A stretch of 63,289 nucleotides of DNA, the filler included, from Octopus bimaculoides (taxonomy: Eukaryota), in the NCBI RefSeq assembly GCF_001194135.2. It is 6 parts of 6 records of this genome, joined end to end, with 100 filler letters (N's around TTAATTAATTAA, not from the genome) between each part and the next. Parts side by side here need not be neighbours in the genome. Positions count along the whole stretch, not along the records: positions 1 to 19,188 come from NC_068987.1; 5 more parts are not named here. One strand, written 5' to 3'. Position 1 is the stretch's first letter, and the number at the start of each line of letters is the position of its first letter. The position numbers were made by a program, and so were the translations under genes. Positions 1 to 12,438 of the stretch are shown piece after piece. A model generated the notes under the pieces. That model did not search any database and was not told where the DNA came from. It saw only the letters and a program-made list of their open reading frames with translations.

Positions 1-252
1 CTTTCATTATTTATAATCTGTACCTGTTTGTTTGGTTACGAAATAAGATACACAAAAACGTGTTTCTGAATTACGTGTATTTACTTTATATACATATGAG
101 TTGAAAACTTTCTTCTAGCATTCCACTTAATATCTATGTTCCATGCTGACATGGATTGGAGAGTTATTAATGTAGAAATATGGTATCGTAGCTACTAACA
201 GTTGAGGGTTGCGTAGTCTAGACAGTGTTTTTAGATTTCATTATTCTCTTTA

Positions 253-281
253 ACCCGGGCAACGCCGGGTGTTTCTGCTAG
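253..281 (+). mobile_element. Helitron 3' terminus (hairpin + CTAG)
   Basis: ACCCGG-gcaacg-CCGGGT hairpin (253-270) followed 7 nt later by CTAG (278-281) then T: canonical Helitron 3' end. Confidence 0.7.
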
Positions 282-1435
282 TGAATAATAAAGCAGTGAG
301 AGATATATGTGGAAGAGAATTTGTATAACAGGGAGTATTGATAATGAAAATGATTTCCAGGCTTTTCATGCACATACTAAATTAAGCCAAGGTCTCTTGT
401 AGTAAGATGCAATCATTGTTATTTAACTTCTGTTTTTCCATGTTCGCATAGGTAGGAATGTTTGACAGGAACTGGCAAGTCAGATTACTGAACCAAGCTC
501 TGCTGTCTGTTTTGACATAGTTTCGTTGGCTGGATGCCCTTCTTAATGCAACAATTTTACAGAGTGTACTGGGTGCATTTTACATGACACCAGCAGCAAT
601 GGGATCACCAAGTAACTTGCAGGACAAAACGCCTCAAATGGGGTTAGTAGTATTGAAGGACAGAACATGTGTCTTGCATTAGAATAAAAACATGACTACT
701 TCAGATAGAGAGAGACACAGAGGTGAGAAAGATGGTGAAAATGTGACAGGGAAGGGACAGAGACAGGGAGATGTGTATGGTCAAGTGGACTAGGCATTGG
801 AGAGGATGAGGATCCTATATAGGATTTCTATGGATAACCAATTTTGAACTCCTCTGTTATGACCTGTAGGACTATAATAAACAGGAAAGGCTGAGGACTG
901 AGCTCTGATGAATCTCTGCCTACATCTTAAATTTATTCCTGAACTTAGTGTAAATTAATATTTGCAGAAAAATATGATTTGATATGAATGCTTGCAATTA
1001 AGTTAACTAAAGATACCCAAGAATCAAGTTGTTGTGTTAAGCTGTATAGTGCATTAAACTTAGCATCCTAAAAGTTTTCTGGAATTACTTCTGGACTAAT
1101 TGTATAAACAGTCTTAAGGTTCACCTTACATTTGGCACATGTAAAATAACTGGGAAAAAACATAATATAATCTCATAAAAACAAACTGAAAGTGACTATC
1201 ACTATTTTGGCAACACTTCCATATTATGAATCAATTACATTCTAGAAATACAGTGAATGCAGAAGTTGAGTTGTAAAAAAAGAGAGAAAATTTCAAATTG
1301 CATTTAACCATTTTTTATTTCAGCTCCCTTGAGACTGTCCCCAGGTTTATGATGCAAACTCCTTGTTTTAAAGGGATCTAAATGAAAATTGCCCATCAAA
1401 GTCTCATGCTAATTTGTTCCAAACACCAGTTTTGT

Positions 1436-1652
1436 AATCCTTTCTGCTGTAGGTATAAAGCCTAAATTTTGGTGGGAGGGGGGATAGTTGATTACATCAA
1501 TGCCAGTGCTCAACTGGTAATTGTTTCATTGAGACCCCCCCCCCCAAAAAAAAAGATGAAAGCAAAGTTGACCTTGGCAGCATTTGAACTCAGAATAAAT
1601 GCTGGTAAGCTTTTTGTCTGGCAAAGTAATGATTCAGCTAGCTCACTGTCTT
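1436..1652 (-). mobile_element. tRNA-derived SINE (dominant family), CpG-decayed copy
   Basis: Colinear with the many ~230-bp copies at 8.8-10.2 kb and 45.6 kb; B-box-like (minus) GAGTTCAAAT. Confidence 0.8.
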
Positions 1653-2102
1653 ATACCAACTTAATAATGACAAAGTCATTTTAATAAATTCTTCTTTATT
1701 TTCAAAATCAATTATTGTAGAGTAGATTTACAATCAAAGACATTCCATCCATGGTAATCCTGTCATTTTATATATAGATAGAAGTACATTATCAAACAAG
1801 TCCTTCCTAATGATGGATTTAAAGGTGATTTGGCTGCTGTTACTAGCAGACTGATCCATTAATTTAATGTATTATTTATTTCATAGAATAAATCAAAAAA
1901 CTTTTCAGCTTGTTAATTTATAAATATTGATTTATTAACAATACAAAACAACCTGCATAGCTGCCACTACAGTCATATCTGAATACATTTTAACATTTCA
2001 CACATTCTTTGAGTTATTTCCCTTCTCATTCCTTCTTTGCAAATGGGTCTGTCCACACTTTCATTCCTGCAATAGAAAATTAAAATATAATAAAAATCAT
2101 TA

Positions 2103-2479
2103 TCTATACTATAATGGAGAAAGCTGCTTGTTAATGAAGTATGTAACGATTACTAAAAAAAGAAAGCAATTATAAAAGGGTTGACCATATGGAAATATTT
2201 TTATAAATTCATGTTCTAAGAAATTTCCTATGATTTCAATTTCTCAAGTTTATTGAATTTTTTTAACTCCAAAATCTTGCACATTTAAATATTCACTGCG
2301 TCTAATTCATCACAAATTTAAATATTCATTGCATTCACTGCAGAGTATTCCATTTTCATTTGCAATGTCTCTCACATTCTCTTTCAAGTTTTAATTTGCT
2401 ATTAATATAATACGTAATGTAAAAACATTTATTGAAGTTGTCATGCATAACAAAAGTGGCAACCTAAAACTTTCACTAG
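2103..2479 (+). mobile_element. Possible short non-autonomous Helitron
   Basis: A|TCTATACTATAATGGAGAAAGCTGC resembles the 5' end at 11522; ends at CTAG|T (2476-2480) with only a degenerate hairpin. Confidence 0.4.
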
Positions 2480-3132
2480 TAATCTGTGTGCATACAGCTT
2501 TAAAAATATTTATTTTTACTCTCCTTAATCATACTGAGTACAGTTTCACTTAAATACTAATATGTAACGATTTTTTTTACTTATCTATTTATTTATACAT
2601 GTTTCTTTTATTTCTTTCCTGCATTTTAACAACAAAAACCGTTGCCAGGCTAAGGCAATGTCAGTAAAGGCAAAGTTGTCCTTGGCAGCATTTGAATGCA
2701 AAAGAGCTGAAAGTAATACTGCTAAGCATTACATTTTGTCCAGAATGACAATGATTCTGCCAGCTTGCCATCTACATAAATTCACATACAAACACATACA
2801 CTGAGTGGTACATTGAGCAAGTGTCTTCTAATGTAGTCCTGGCTTAACCACTGAAGGAGGTGCCATCACATGTGTGTATGTGTGTGTTTGCTTGTTTACA
2901 TCAGCGATTGCTTGCATGAAGGTTGTGACAAGTGATTTTATTGTTGTTAGTCCTCTTGTCAATAAACCATCAACTCACTCCACACCTTAAAAGCCACATG
3001 GTATAAGAGATCCCTTATTAGAAAAAACAAATAAGGGATGACAAAAGGAAAGGTATCTGGCAGTGTCTTAGTAACATATTTGTCTAACCCAAGTAAGAAT
3101 GGAAAACATGTGTAAAAACAAAATGAAACAAA

Positions 3133-3176
<44 letters not shown>

Positions 3177-3338
3177 TGTCGTTGTGATCATCATCATCAT
3201 GATCATTTTCATGTCCACTTTTCCATGCTCTCCATTATATATCACATTCTGTATTCAACTAATACTTTACCCTGATGGATATGTTCAAACAACAGATTGC
3301 TATGCCTAAGTGAAACCATTAATATATATATATATATA

Positions 3339-4381
3339 TGTAGAAAAGGAGTAGGTAGTAACTCTATAAGATGTACCCGGTGCAAGCTATGGACACATAA
3401 GAGGTGCAGCAACATCAAAGGCAGGTTAACTAGCAAGTTAGTTTTTGTTTGTGGCAGATGTTCAGGTGCAATAAAGACTGCAAACAAACAGGAAACAACT
3501 TCTATCTCATTCCAGGGTGAAAAACTAGAGGTAGTCGATAGCTTCCGCTATCTGGGCGACCAAGTTAGTAGTGGGGGTGGGTGCGCTGAAAGTGTAGCTG
3601 CTAGAATAAGAATAGCCTGGGCAAAGTTTAGAGAGCTCTTACCCCTGCTGGCGACAAAGGGACTCTCACTCAGAGTAAAANNNNNNNNNNNNNNNNNNNN
3701 NNNNNNNNNNNNNNNNNNNNNNNNNNNNNNNNNNNNNNNNNNNNNNNNNNNNNNNNNNNNNNNNNNNNNNNNNNNNNNNNNNNNNNNNNNNNNNNNNNNN
3801 NNNNNNNNNNNNNNNNNNNNNNNNNNNNNNNNNNNNNNNNNNNNNNNNNNNNNNNNNNNNNNNNNNNNNNNNNNNNNNNNNNNNNNNNNNNNNNNNNNNN
3901 NNNNNNNNNNNNNNNNNNNNNNNNNNNNNNNNNNNNNNNNNNNNNNNNNNNNNNNNNNNNNNNNNNNNNNNNNNNNNNNNNNNNNNNNNNNNNNNNNNNN
4001 NNNNNNNNNNNNNNNNNNNNNNNNNNNNNNNNNNNNNNNNNNNNNNNNNNNNNNNNNNNNNNNNNNNNNNNNNNNNNNNNNNNNNNNNNNNNNNNNNNNN
4101 NNNNNNNNNNNNNNNNNNNNNNNNNNNNNNNNNNNNNNNNNNNNNNNNNNNNACATAAAAGACACCATTTCGAGCGTGGCCGTTTTCGTGCGGGTGACAC
4201 GTAAAAGCACCCACTACACTCTCTGAGTGGTTGGCGTTAGGAAGGGCATCCAGCTGTAGAAACTCTGCCAAATCAGACTGGAGCCTGGTGTTGCCATCCG
4301 GTTTCACCAGTCCTCAGTCAAATCGTCCAACCCATGCTAGCATGGAAAGCGGACGTTAAACGATGATGATGATGATGATGA
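3339..4381 (+). mobile_element. 5'-truncated RTE-clade LINE: ORF2 C-terminal part with PHD-like finger, N gap, 3' UTR and (GAT)n tail
   Basis: LEVVDSFRYLGDQV...AARIRIAWAKFRELLPLL is the RTE RT thumb region; after gap 3681-4152 the 3' UTR ends GGACGTTAAAC(GAT)n; starts inside a (TA)n tract. Confidence 0.85.
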
Positions 4382-4387
4382 TGTATA

Positions 4388-5552
4388 CTGGATGTGGTGA
4401 ATAAATTGTCAGCTAAATTACGCAAAAATGAAAATAACACTGACATCTCATTTTAGCAGATATATTTACTAAAATTACACAAAAATATCTTGAAATACTA
4501 AAGGGTAAATTTATTCAATAAAATCACCATTGGCTTCAACCACGGCCTCCAGACGACTTTGGAATTTCCTGCAACTCTTCTGGATGGTCTCCTTGTTTAA
4601 GTTGGTGAATGCTGCCATAATCCTTGCCTTCAGTTCATCTTTGGTGTTATAAGGAGTTTTGTTTGTCTCTCGCTCAACTGTGCCCCACACATAGTAATCA
4701 AGGGGGTTGCAGTCTGGGGAGTTAGGTGGCCAGGTGTTAGGGGTGATGTGGTCACAGACATTGTCTGACAACCATGACTGGATTCTCCTGCTTGTGTGGC
4801 AAGGTGCAGAGTCCTGTTGCCAGACATAGGGTCTTCTAGCAGCCACTCTCTTGACCCAGGGTCACACTACCTCCTCCAGGCACTTGATGTAGGCCCCTGT
4901 GTTGAGTCTGAGGTCATGTAGGAAGATGAATGAAGGCATAACATCACCATCACTAGTGATCACTCCAAACACCATGATGTTGACTGGATGTTTGATTTTT
5001 ATCACTCTCGGGACATGTTTTGGGGACATGGCAAATCAACGGTTGTCCCATGTTCACCATCTGATCCTGACAGAAATTTTTCTTATCTGAGAAAAACCAA
5101 AGTATGTTTGGTTGGAGGGGATGCTTGAGTTTGTTCAAAAGCTTTGTAGTGTGATCTTTCTTGTTGTCTTGGGATAAAAATTGACCCTCTCATGTCCTGG
5201 ATCTCACCATCAAATTCAGAAGTTCTTTTCTTATCAGAATGATCATAGTGGGTTTTCCAAGCTGCTGTACCTTTGTAATCACCATTAGATTCATCCAATG
5301 CTTTCCGAATCTTCTGCAAGTCTTCAGATTGACACCCAAACACTCTAAAATGTTTATATTGGAGCTTTGGGCGTGAATACCAAGCAGCACAGCATGTTGT
5401 TTCCAAATTTCTGGTAGAATGAATTGCGTCATGGTGCTGTTTTTCTCACAGAGGGTGCCCAACTGACCCTACTATACTGTGTAGTTGACAAAATCAAAAA
5501 CATATGCGAAACTAAAAATATAAAATGGTGATAATTTACCCATTGCACACTG
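4388..5552 (-). mobile_element. Tc1/mariner maT-type (DD37D) transposon, frameshifted transposase
   Basis: FFSDKKNF (D1), WQQD-37 aa-D (QQDSAPCH...WPPNSPDCNPLDYYVW); imperfect TIRs; TA on both flanks (4386-87, 5553-54). Confidence 0.9.
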
Positions 5553-6101
5553 TATATATATGTTTGATGCTAAACAGTGTGTGTGTGTACCCTTCTTCTC
5601 TAGAATTCCATTGTATTAAAAGTTACATATTGTGTGTTGTTTCCTTATCCTTAAATTACACATTCCCAAACACAAAAATAAGCGTGCCAATTTTATTTGG
5701 CTGTTACCAAGAAGATAAGAGCTATACAGACCTGTTGTACTATGGACCATAGAAAATCATGAAATGAAGAAAAAGTAGATTCACTCCTCTAGTTCTTCCC
5801 CTACATCTTCTGTTGATATATCTAAACAGAATTTATACCATCAAAATCCAGCATTACTCATCTCACTCCTCTCTCCCGTTGTCATTTTTAATGGATTTCA
5901 CTGCCCAGAAAAGTAGCCTGGGATTAAAGACTGTTTTTGTTTAGCCCAAGGACAATCTTGATTAAAAGGTGTTCTGTTGATACATACTCTTTTCTTCAGA
6001 CAGTGTATCTAGTAATATATTCATTATTGTTGTTGTTGTTTAGCTTTTCTACTTATGTGCAAGCAGTTTAATTTTTTTCACTGAGTGTATTATTCACTAT
6101 A

Positions 6102-6488
6102 GTGGAAGCGCAATGGCCCAGTGGTTAGGGCAGCAGACTCGCAGTCATAGGATCGCAGTTTCGATTCCCAGACCGGGCGTTGTGAGTGTTTATTGAGCGA
6201 AAACACCTAAAAGCTCTACAAGGCTCCGGCAGGGGATGGTGGCGAACCCTGCTGTACTCTTTCACCACAACTTTCTCTCACTCTTACTTCCTGTTTCTGT
6301 TGTGCCTGTAATTCAAAGGGTTAGCCTTGTCACACTGTGTCACGCTGAATATCCCCGAGAACTACGTTAAGGGTACACGTGTCTATGGAGTGCTCAGCCA
6401 CTTGCACGTTAATTTCACGAGCAGGCTGTTCCGTTGATCGGATCGACTGGAACACACGACGTCGTAAGCAACGGAGTGCCAACAACAA
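6102..6488 (+). mobile_element. tRNA-Arg-derived SINE (octopus OR-like), young full-length copy
   Basis: A box TGGCCCAGTGG, anticodon-like loop AC-TCG-CA, B box GTTTCGATTCC, (CAA)n tail; many CpGs retained. Confidence 0.8.
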
Positions 6489-7189
6489 TTATTCATTGTG
6501 TCCTTCTCTTTATAAGATGGAAGAATACAAACATTGTTGCAATTTCAAGTTGGCTGAATGAGCACATAGAAGCTTTGAAAATTAAAATGAAGCCAAACCT
6601 ACCAATGTTCAAGCTGTAAGCTAACAACATCAACCTCAGCAATCTGAGAGATCATTGAGAGGTTTTGAGTACTGTCCCTCATTCTTTGACTAATGCACAC
6701 ATTTATATATGTATGTGTATAGCAAAAGATTGAAGAAAGAAGACAGAAGGGGAAAGAGAAGTATCCCGAAGAAAACAGACAAGAGATTTAGGAGAAATGT
6801 AAAAGATGAAAATAAATAAAGACAATTATATCCTAACCTCCAGGCTGAGTTTTTTCTCTGTCGATTCCTTTTCTTGCAACTTTTTGTAATTCCTCTGAAA
6901 TTAAAATATATATGAACATATAAGTGTGCATACATAAATACTTCAATATATATGAACATATGTTAGATGAATATATAGTTAAATGGAGGTAAAAACAAAC
7001 GGACATATACAAAACGCTTAATACAGTTTTTGTCTTCTAAAGTCATTCACAATGCTGTGGTCGGTTCAAGAACTGCAAAGTGGGGCTGAACCTGAAACCA
7101 CTTGGTTCCAAAATGAAAGTTTTAACTACGACAGAGAAAAATAGTGACACTTAATTATGAATACCAACAATAAGACTGAGGGAAAAGCC

Positions 7190-7330
7190 CCCTTTCCCCG
7201 AGAGTTCTAAAGAAACTGATAGAATAAGAGCTAGGCTTACAAAGAATAAGTCCTGAGGTCAATTTGTTCGACTAAAGGCGGTATTCTAGCATAACCACAG
7301 TCAAATGACTGAAACAAGTAAAATAATAAG
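7190..7330 (+). mobile_element. SINE 3' portion with CR1-like tail
   Basis: ...AAAGGCGGT..CAGTCAAATGACTGAAACAAGTAAAA; reverse copies at ~7970-8160, 15830-15950, 39690-39790. Confidence 0.65.
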
Positions 7331-7969
7331 TGTGATAAAGTGAGTTGAAAAATTTAGCTTAATTAAAACTATCCTTGCAATTTGATGTTAAAAACCCCCT
7401 CAATGGTAGTTCACAATCTAGAAGAAAGCAAGAACTGTAATTCTAATAATATTAGCTAATTCAAGTTGTGTACGTTGGTCGGCAAATTTTTGTACGAATT
7501 CATCTTTTACAATTGGAAAAAAAAAAAAAAAAAAAATCATTTTTTTTCCAGCAAGCGAAGTGATGCAAAGACCAATAGAGTAACGTACCTTGTACTGCAC
7601 TCTAAGAACAGTGACGTCGAGTTGTATTTATGAAGAGTTCACTCCCTTATTTATAGACCGCGTCAAATAAATTGTTAGCATTAAAAAGTGGTGTGTGTGT
7701 GTATGTATCACGTTTTAACGGCCAATTTTCCATGCTGGCATGAGTCGGATGGAATATTTTTGAGGAGTATTTTCTAGTTGGATGTCCCCCCTTGTCACCA
7801 ACCCTCATTTGTTTCCAAGTCATATTTCCCCATGATCAAACCTGGTTTTATGGAATACTGGAAATGAAGAACACCACTTGCATCACGGTGACACTCGTTT
7901 ACAACTTACACAACATAGAAACAATAACACACATGCACAAACTCACACGCACATATATATATTCCATTA

Positions 7970-8800
7970 TTCAATTACTTGTTTGTCATTTAACTGTGGC
8001 TATGCTGGAACACCAGCTTGTAGAGTTTTAGTCGAAAAAATTGATCCCAGGACTTATTTTTTTAAAAGCCTAGTACTTAATCAATCAGTCTCTTTTGCCG
8101 AACCACTAGGTTACGAGGACGTAAACACACCATCACCAGTTGTTAAGCACTGATGGGGGGAGAGACACAAAGACACACACACATAGATATATACAGAAAT
8201 ATATATGATGGGCTTCTTTCAGTTTCTATTTACCAAATCCACTCACAATGTTTTAGTTGGCCCCAGGTTATAACAGAAAACACTTGCCCAAGATGCCATG
8301 CAGTGAACCTGGAGCCACGCAGTTGGGAAGCAGACTTCTTACCACAAAGCCAGGCCTATATATATATATATATATATATATATGACAGGCTTCTTTCAGT
8401 TTCTCTCTACCAAATCTACTCACAAAGCTTTGGTTGACCTGAAGCTAAAGAAGTAGATACTTGCCCAAGGTCTCACACAGTAGGACCAACACAACTATGT
8501 GGTTTAGTGGTTGGGAGCAAACTATATGTGTGTATATATATAACCGTAAATATAGCTATTAATCCACATGGAATTGTTGCTATTGCTGGTTGTTTAACCA
8601 CAAGTCAACCTCCATCAAGCAAACTTATCATCAAAGCATTCAAGTTGTAATCATCTCATTCTTTTAGTGGTATTTAGGACATATCATCAATGTGTCCTTC
8701 ATAAGGCTTTGGTAGGCCTGGGTCTATAGAAGACACTTGCTCAAGGTGCTATGCAGTGGACTGAACCAGATCCATGTGTTTGTTGGGAAGCAAATTTCTT
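7970..8800 (-). mobile_element. Cluster of decayed SINEs (two families), separated by (TA)n
   Basis: Repeated GGGCTTCTTTCAGTTTC...AGAAGACACTTGCCCAAGG...GGAAGCA units at ~8205, 8385, 8700; same family at ~15980, 16725, 17655, 43135, 44060. Confidence 0.75.
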
Positions 8801-8820
8801 AATGCCTGCACTTATATAAT

Positions 8821-10219
8821 AGCAGTAGTAGTAGTGATAGTAGTAAGTCTTTCTACTATAGGCACAAGGTCTGAAAGTTTTGGGTATTTATTTTATTGAC
8901 CCTGAAATGATGAAAAGTAAAGTCAACCTTGGCAGAGTTTAAACTCAGAACACAAAGACAGAAGAAATGCTGCTAAATATTTTGTCCAGCATGCTAATGA
9001 TTTTTCAAGACTGCTTCATGAGACCATAATGATAATACCTCTTTCTAATTTTGGCAAAAATTCAGCAATTTTTCTAAAGGGAAAAGAGAGTTGATTACAT
9101 TGACCTCAGTACTTGACTGATACTGTATTTTATCAACTGTAAAAAATGAGAGGTAAAGTTGACCATGGCAGAATTTGAACTGAGAATTGTTGCTGCAATA
9201 GATGAAATGCTACCAAGAATTTTGTCCAGTGCAGTAACAATTATGCCAGCTCACTGTCATAATAATAATAATAATAATAATCCTTTCTATAATAGGCACA
9301 AGGCCTGAATTTTTTTTTTTTTTTTTGGAGGGGGACTAGTTGATTACATTGACTCCAGTGTTTCACTGGTACTTATTTAATCGACCCCAAAAGGATGAAA
9401 GGCAAAATCAACCTTGGCGGAATTTGAACTCAGAACTTACAGACAGATGAAATGCTGCTAAGCATTTTGCCCAGCATGCTAATGATCTTACCAGATTGCC
9501 ACCTTTATCGTAATAATGAGGATGATAATAATAATCCCTTCTACTATAGGCACAAAGCCTGAAATATATGAGGGATGGAGAAAGTCGATCATATTGACCC
9601 CAGTACTTGACTGGTACTTAATTTATCGACCCTGAAAGGATGAAAGGCCAAGTTGACCTCGGCGAAATTTGAACTCAGAATGTAAAGATGGACAAAATGC
9701 CATTAAGCATTTTGCCTGGCGTGCTAACGGTTTAGTCAGGTCGCCGCCTTAAATGATATTATTAATAATAATAATAACCCTTTCTATCATAGGCAAAAGG
9801 CCTGAAGCTTTCGAGGGAGGAGGCTACTCAATTACATCAATCCCAGTGCTCAACTGGTACTTATTTTAGAGACCATGATAGGATGAAAGGCAAAGTCAAC
9901 CCTACCAGCATTTGAACCCAGAACGTAGATCCAGATGAAAATGTTGGTAAGAATTTTGCCTGGTGTGTTGACATTTCTGCCAGCTCACCATCTTAATCAT
10001 AATAATCCTTCCTATTATAGGTACAAGACCTGAAATTTTTTTTTGTGGGGAGGCAGTCGATTATACTGACCTCTGTGCTTAACTGGCACTTAGTTCATCA
10101 ACCCTGAAAAGATGAAAGGCAAAGTGAACCTCAGCAGAATTTGAACTCGGAACATAAAGATGGATGAAATGCTGCTGAGCATTTTGTCTGGCATGCTAAT
10201 ATTTCTGCCAGTTTGTTGC
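8821..10219 (-). repeat. Head-to-tail array of six SINE copies (~240 bp period)
   Basis: Units at ~8845, 9027, 9259, 9510, 9760, 9995, each beginning on the + strand with (AAT)n-CCTTTCTA and ending at the SINE head. Confidence 0.9.
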
Positions 10220-10560
10220 AATAATAGTAATAAAGGTTTCATATTTTGGCTCAAGGCCAAAACAATAATAATACTAATAAATATAAAATAAATTAGAAAA
10301 CCACACCTAGAAGGTAGTATTTGTTAGTTCTCATTGAAGATTAAATAGATTTGATATTGTTTGTTAAATGATTAGCATTATCTCATATTATATAACCAGT
10401 GAGAAACCTAACTACTTCATGCTTCATATCTTAGCAACAGCATTGGATGCTTATTCAATGTGCACTGTTCTATTTATCTAAGACTTCAATATATTTATCT
10501 CACTCAAATATGATAAATCAAGTCAAACAATAATAAATTTTTTTTATATATAATTAGAAC

Positions 10561-10591
<31 letters not shown>

Positions 10592-10593
<2 letters not shown>

Positions 10594-10711
10594 ATAAATA
10601 ATACAGAATGGGGCAAGGATGCAAAACATCCAGACAGTTGACCTGTCCTTGTTTCCCTGTATCGTCTATCTGGATGTTTTGTGTCCTTGTCCCATTCTGT
10701 TTTATTTATAC
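10592..10711. repeat. 120-bp near-perfect palindrome (about 46-bp arms) in microsatellite
   Basis: GTATAAATAATACAGAATGGGGCAAGGATGCAAAACATCCAGACAG vs reverse complement of the right arm GTATAAATAAAACAGAATGGGACAAGGACACAAAACATCCAGATAG (5 mismatches). Confidence 0.9.
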
Positions 10712-11173
10712 ATATATATATAGCAGCGTACATACACCTTGTCTCATATATATATATATATAAGCAAAACATTCAAACACTGAGATTTGAAATCAGATGT
10801 CACTACTGTTCATATCATCTGTGGATAAATTTTAAAATTGATGATATCACCAGCAGTAACATAGGTGGATCGCAGATGTAATAGCATTAAATAGCTATGA
10901 ATTATAAATTTTCACAAAGCGTAATGATGCTTAACAAGCATTTACCTGCTAGAAATAAGAGCTAAAGTCTTAAATTAATCCACCATACCACACCAAGATA
11001 ACAGAGAAAAACAGAAAGAATTAAAACATTTAATAGTACAAGATAAAAATATTATGCAATTAGGAATATCCACAAACCAGGTTTGGGCTTTTGGGTATTT
11101 AAACCCTGAGCCTCATCAGTGTGGCCTACTGGGTAATAATCCATAACTGTCACGTTAAATATATATATATAAG

Positions 11174-11502
11174 GGTGAAGGCACATGGCTCATTGGTTAA
11201 AGCGTTGGGTTTACGACCATGAGGTAGTGAGTTTGATTCCTGGATCAGGTTGTGTGTTATGTTCTTAAGCAAGACACTTTATTTCATGTTGCTCCAGTTC
11301 ACTTAGTTGTAGAAATGAGTTATGACATCACAGGTGCCAAGTTGTATCAGACTTTGCCTTGGATAACATCAGTGGTGTGGAGAGAGGAGAGTAGTATGCA
11401 TGGGTGACTGCTGGTTTTCCATAAACAACCTTGCCCACACTTGTGCCTCGGAGTGGAACTTCCCAGGTGCAATCCCACAGTCATTCATGACTGAAGGGGG
11501 TT
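11174..11502 (+). mobile_element. tRNA-derived SINE (second head type)
   Basis: A box TGGCTCATTGG, B box GTTTGATTCC, CTTAAGCAAGACACTTTATTTC core; relative at 54655-54870. Confidence 0.7.
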
Positions 11503-11521
11503 GTTTATCTTTTACCCTAAA

Positions 11522-12381
11522 TCTTATACTATAATAAGAGCTGCATCCATCCGTCTGTCTAAAGCCATCAGTAATTAGAGGAAAAGAGGGAATGAAATAG
11601 AAAGTTTGGTTATTTTTATACCTCATGCTGTGTAAATAAGATACAAGTATTGTGATGCCTGACTGTATCCGTCTGGGCGAAGCCATCAGTAATTAGATAG
11701 AGCCATGATTCCCAATGTGGGGCATGGTAATATTTTGGAGAGGCATGCATAGGGTTATGTTGAATTTATACCGTTTCTAAACAATGTTTAGTATACCAAC
11801 AGAGAAAAAGGGCAATTCGAGAATGAGTTATTAAAAAAAAAATTCTTTACATCCCTTCTGTGGACAATTTTATCAAATTTTGGACACTTTAGAGACAACA
11901 GGTCGTTTTCATCATATTCATAAGATCTGATGTCACTAAAGAGGGAATAGCTTATTTCCTTTGATTTAGCAGTATGTGAAAACATGTAGGTAATTAGTGG
12001 TAATTGATTTTAGTGGTATGTGAAAACATGTAGGTAATTACAAATGCGCATGTGTATATGTGTTTGTATTTGCGTGCATGAGTGTATGTAGTATAGAACT
12101 GGTCAGTACTGAAAGCAATGGCATCTTCATTCCCTATGGAGAAGTAAACAGGAGACAGACTTATGTGTGCAGGTGTGTCTAAAAGTATTGACTCTTATCT
12201 CTTGACAAAAATCTAGGTACACAAGAAAAATGTGGTGCTGCAGAGTATGGCGATAAATGGTGTGAAATGGAGTGGAAGTAAGGAGTGGTGTCAGTGAAGG
12301 AAGAGAAAGAGGCACAGACAGGCAGATAGATAGATAGACAGACAGAGATTTATGGTACTGGCAATGCACATATACACACAC

Positions 12382-12438
<57 letters not shown>

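Noticed and set aside
8821-10219. CRISPR-like array
   Set aside because: Units are ~240-bp SINEs with no unique spacers or cas genes; eukaryotic context.
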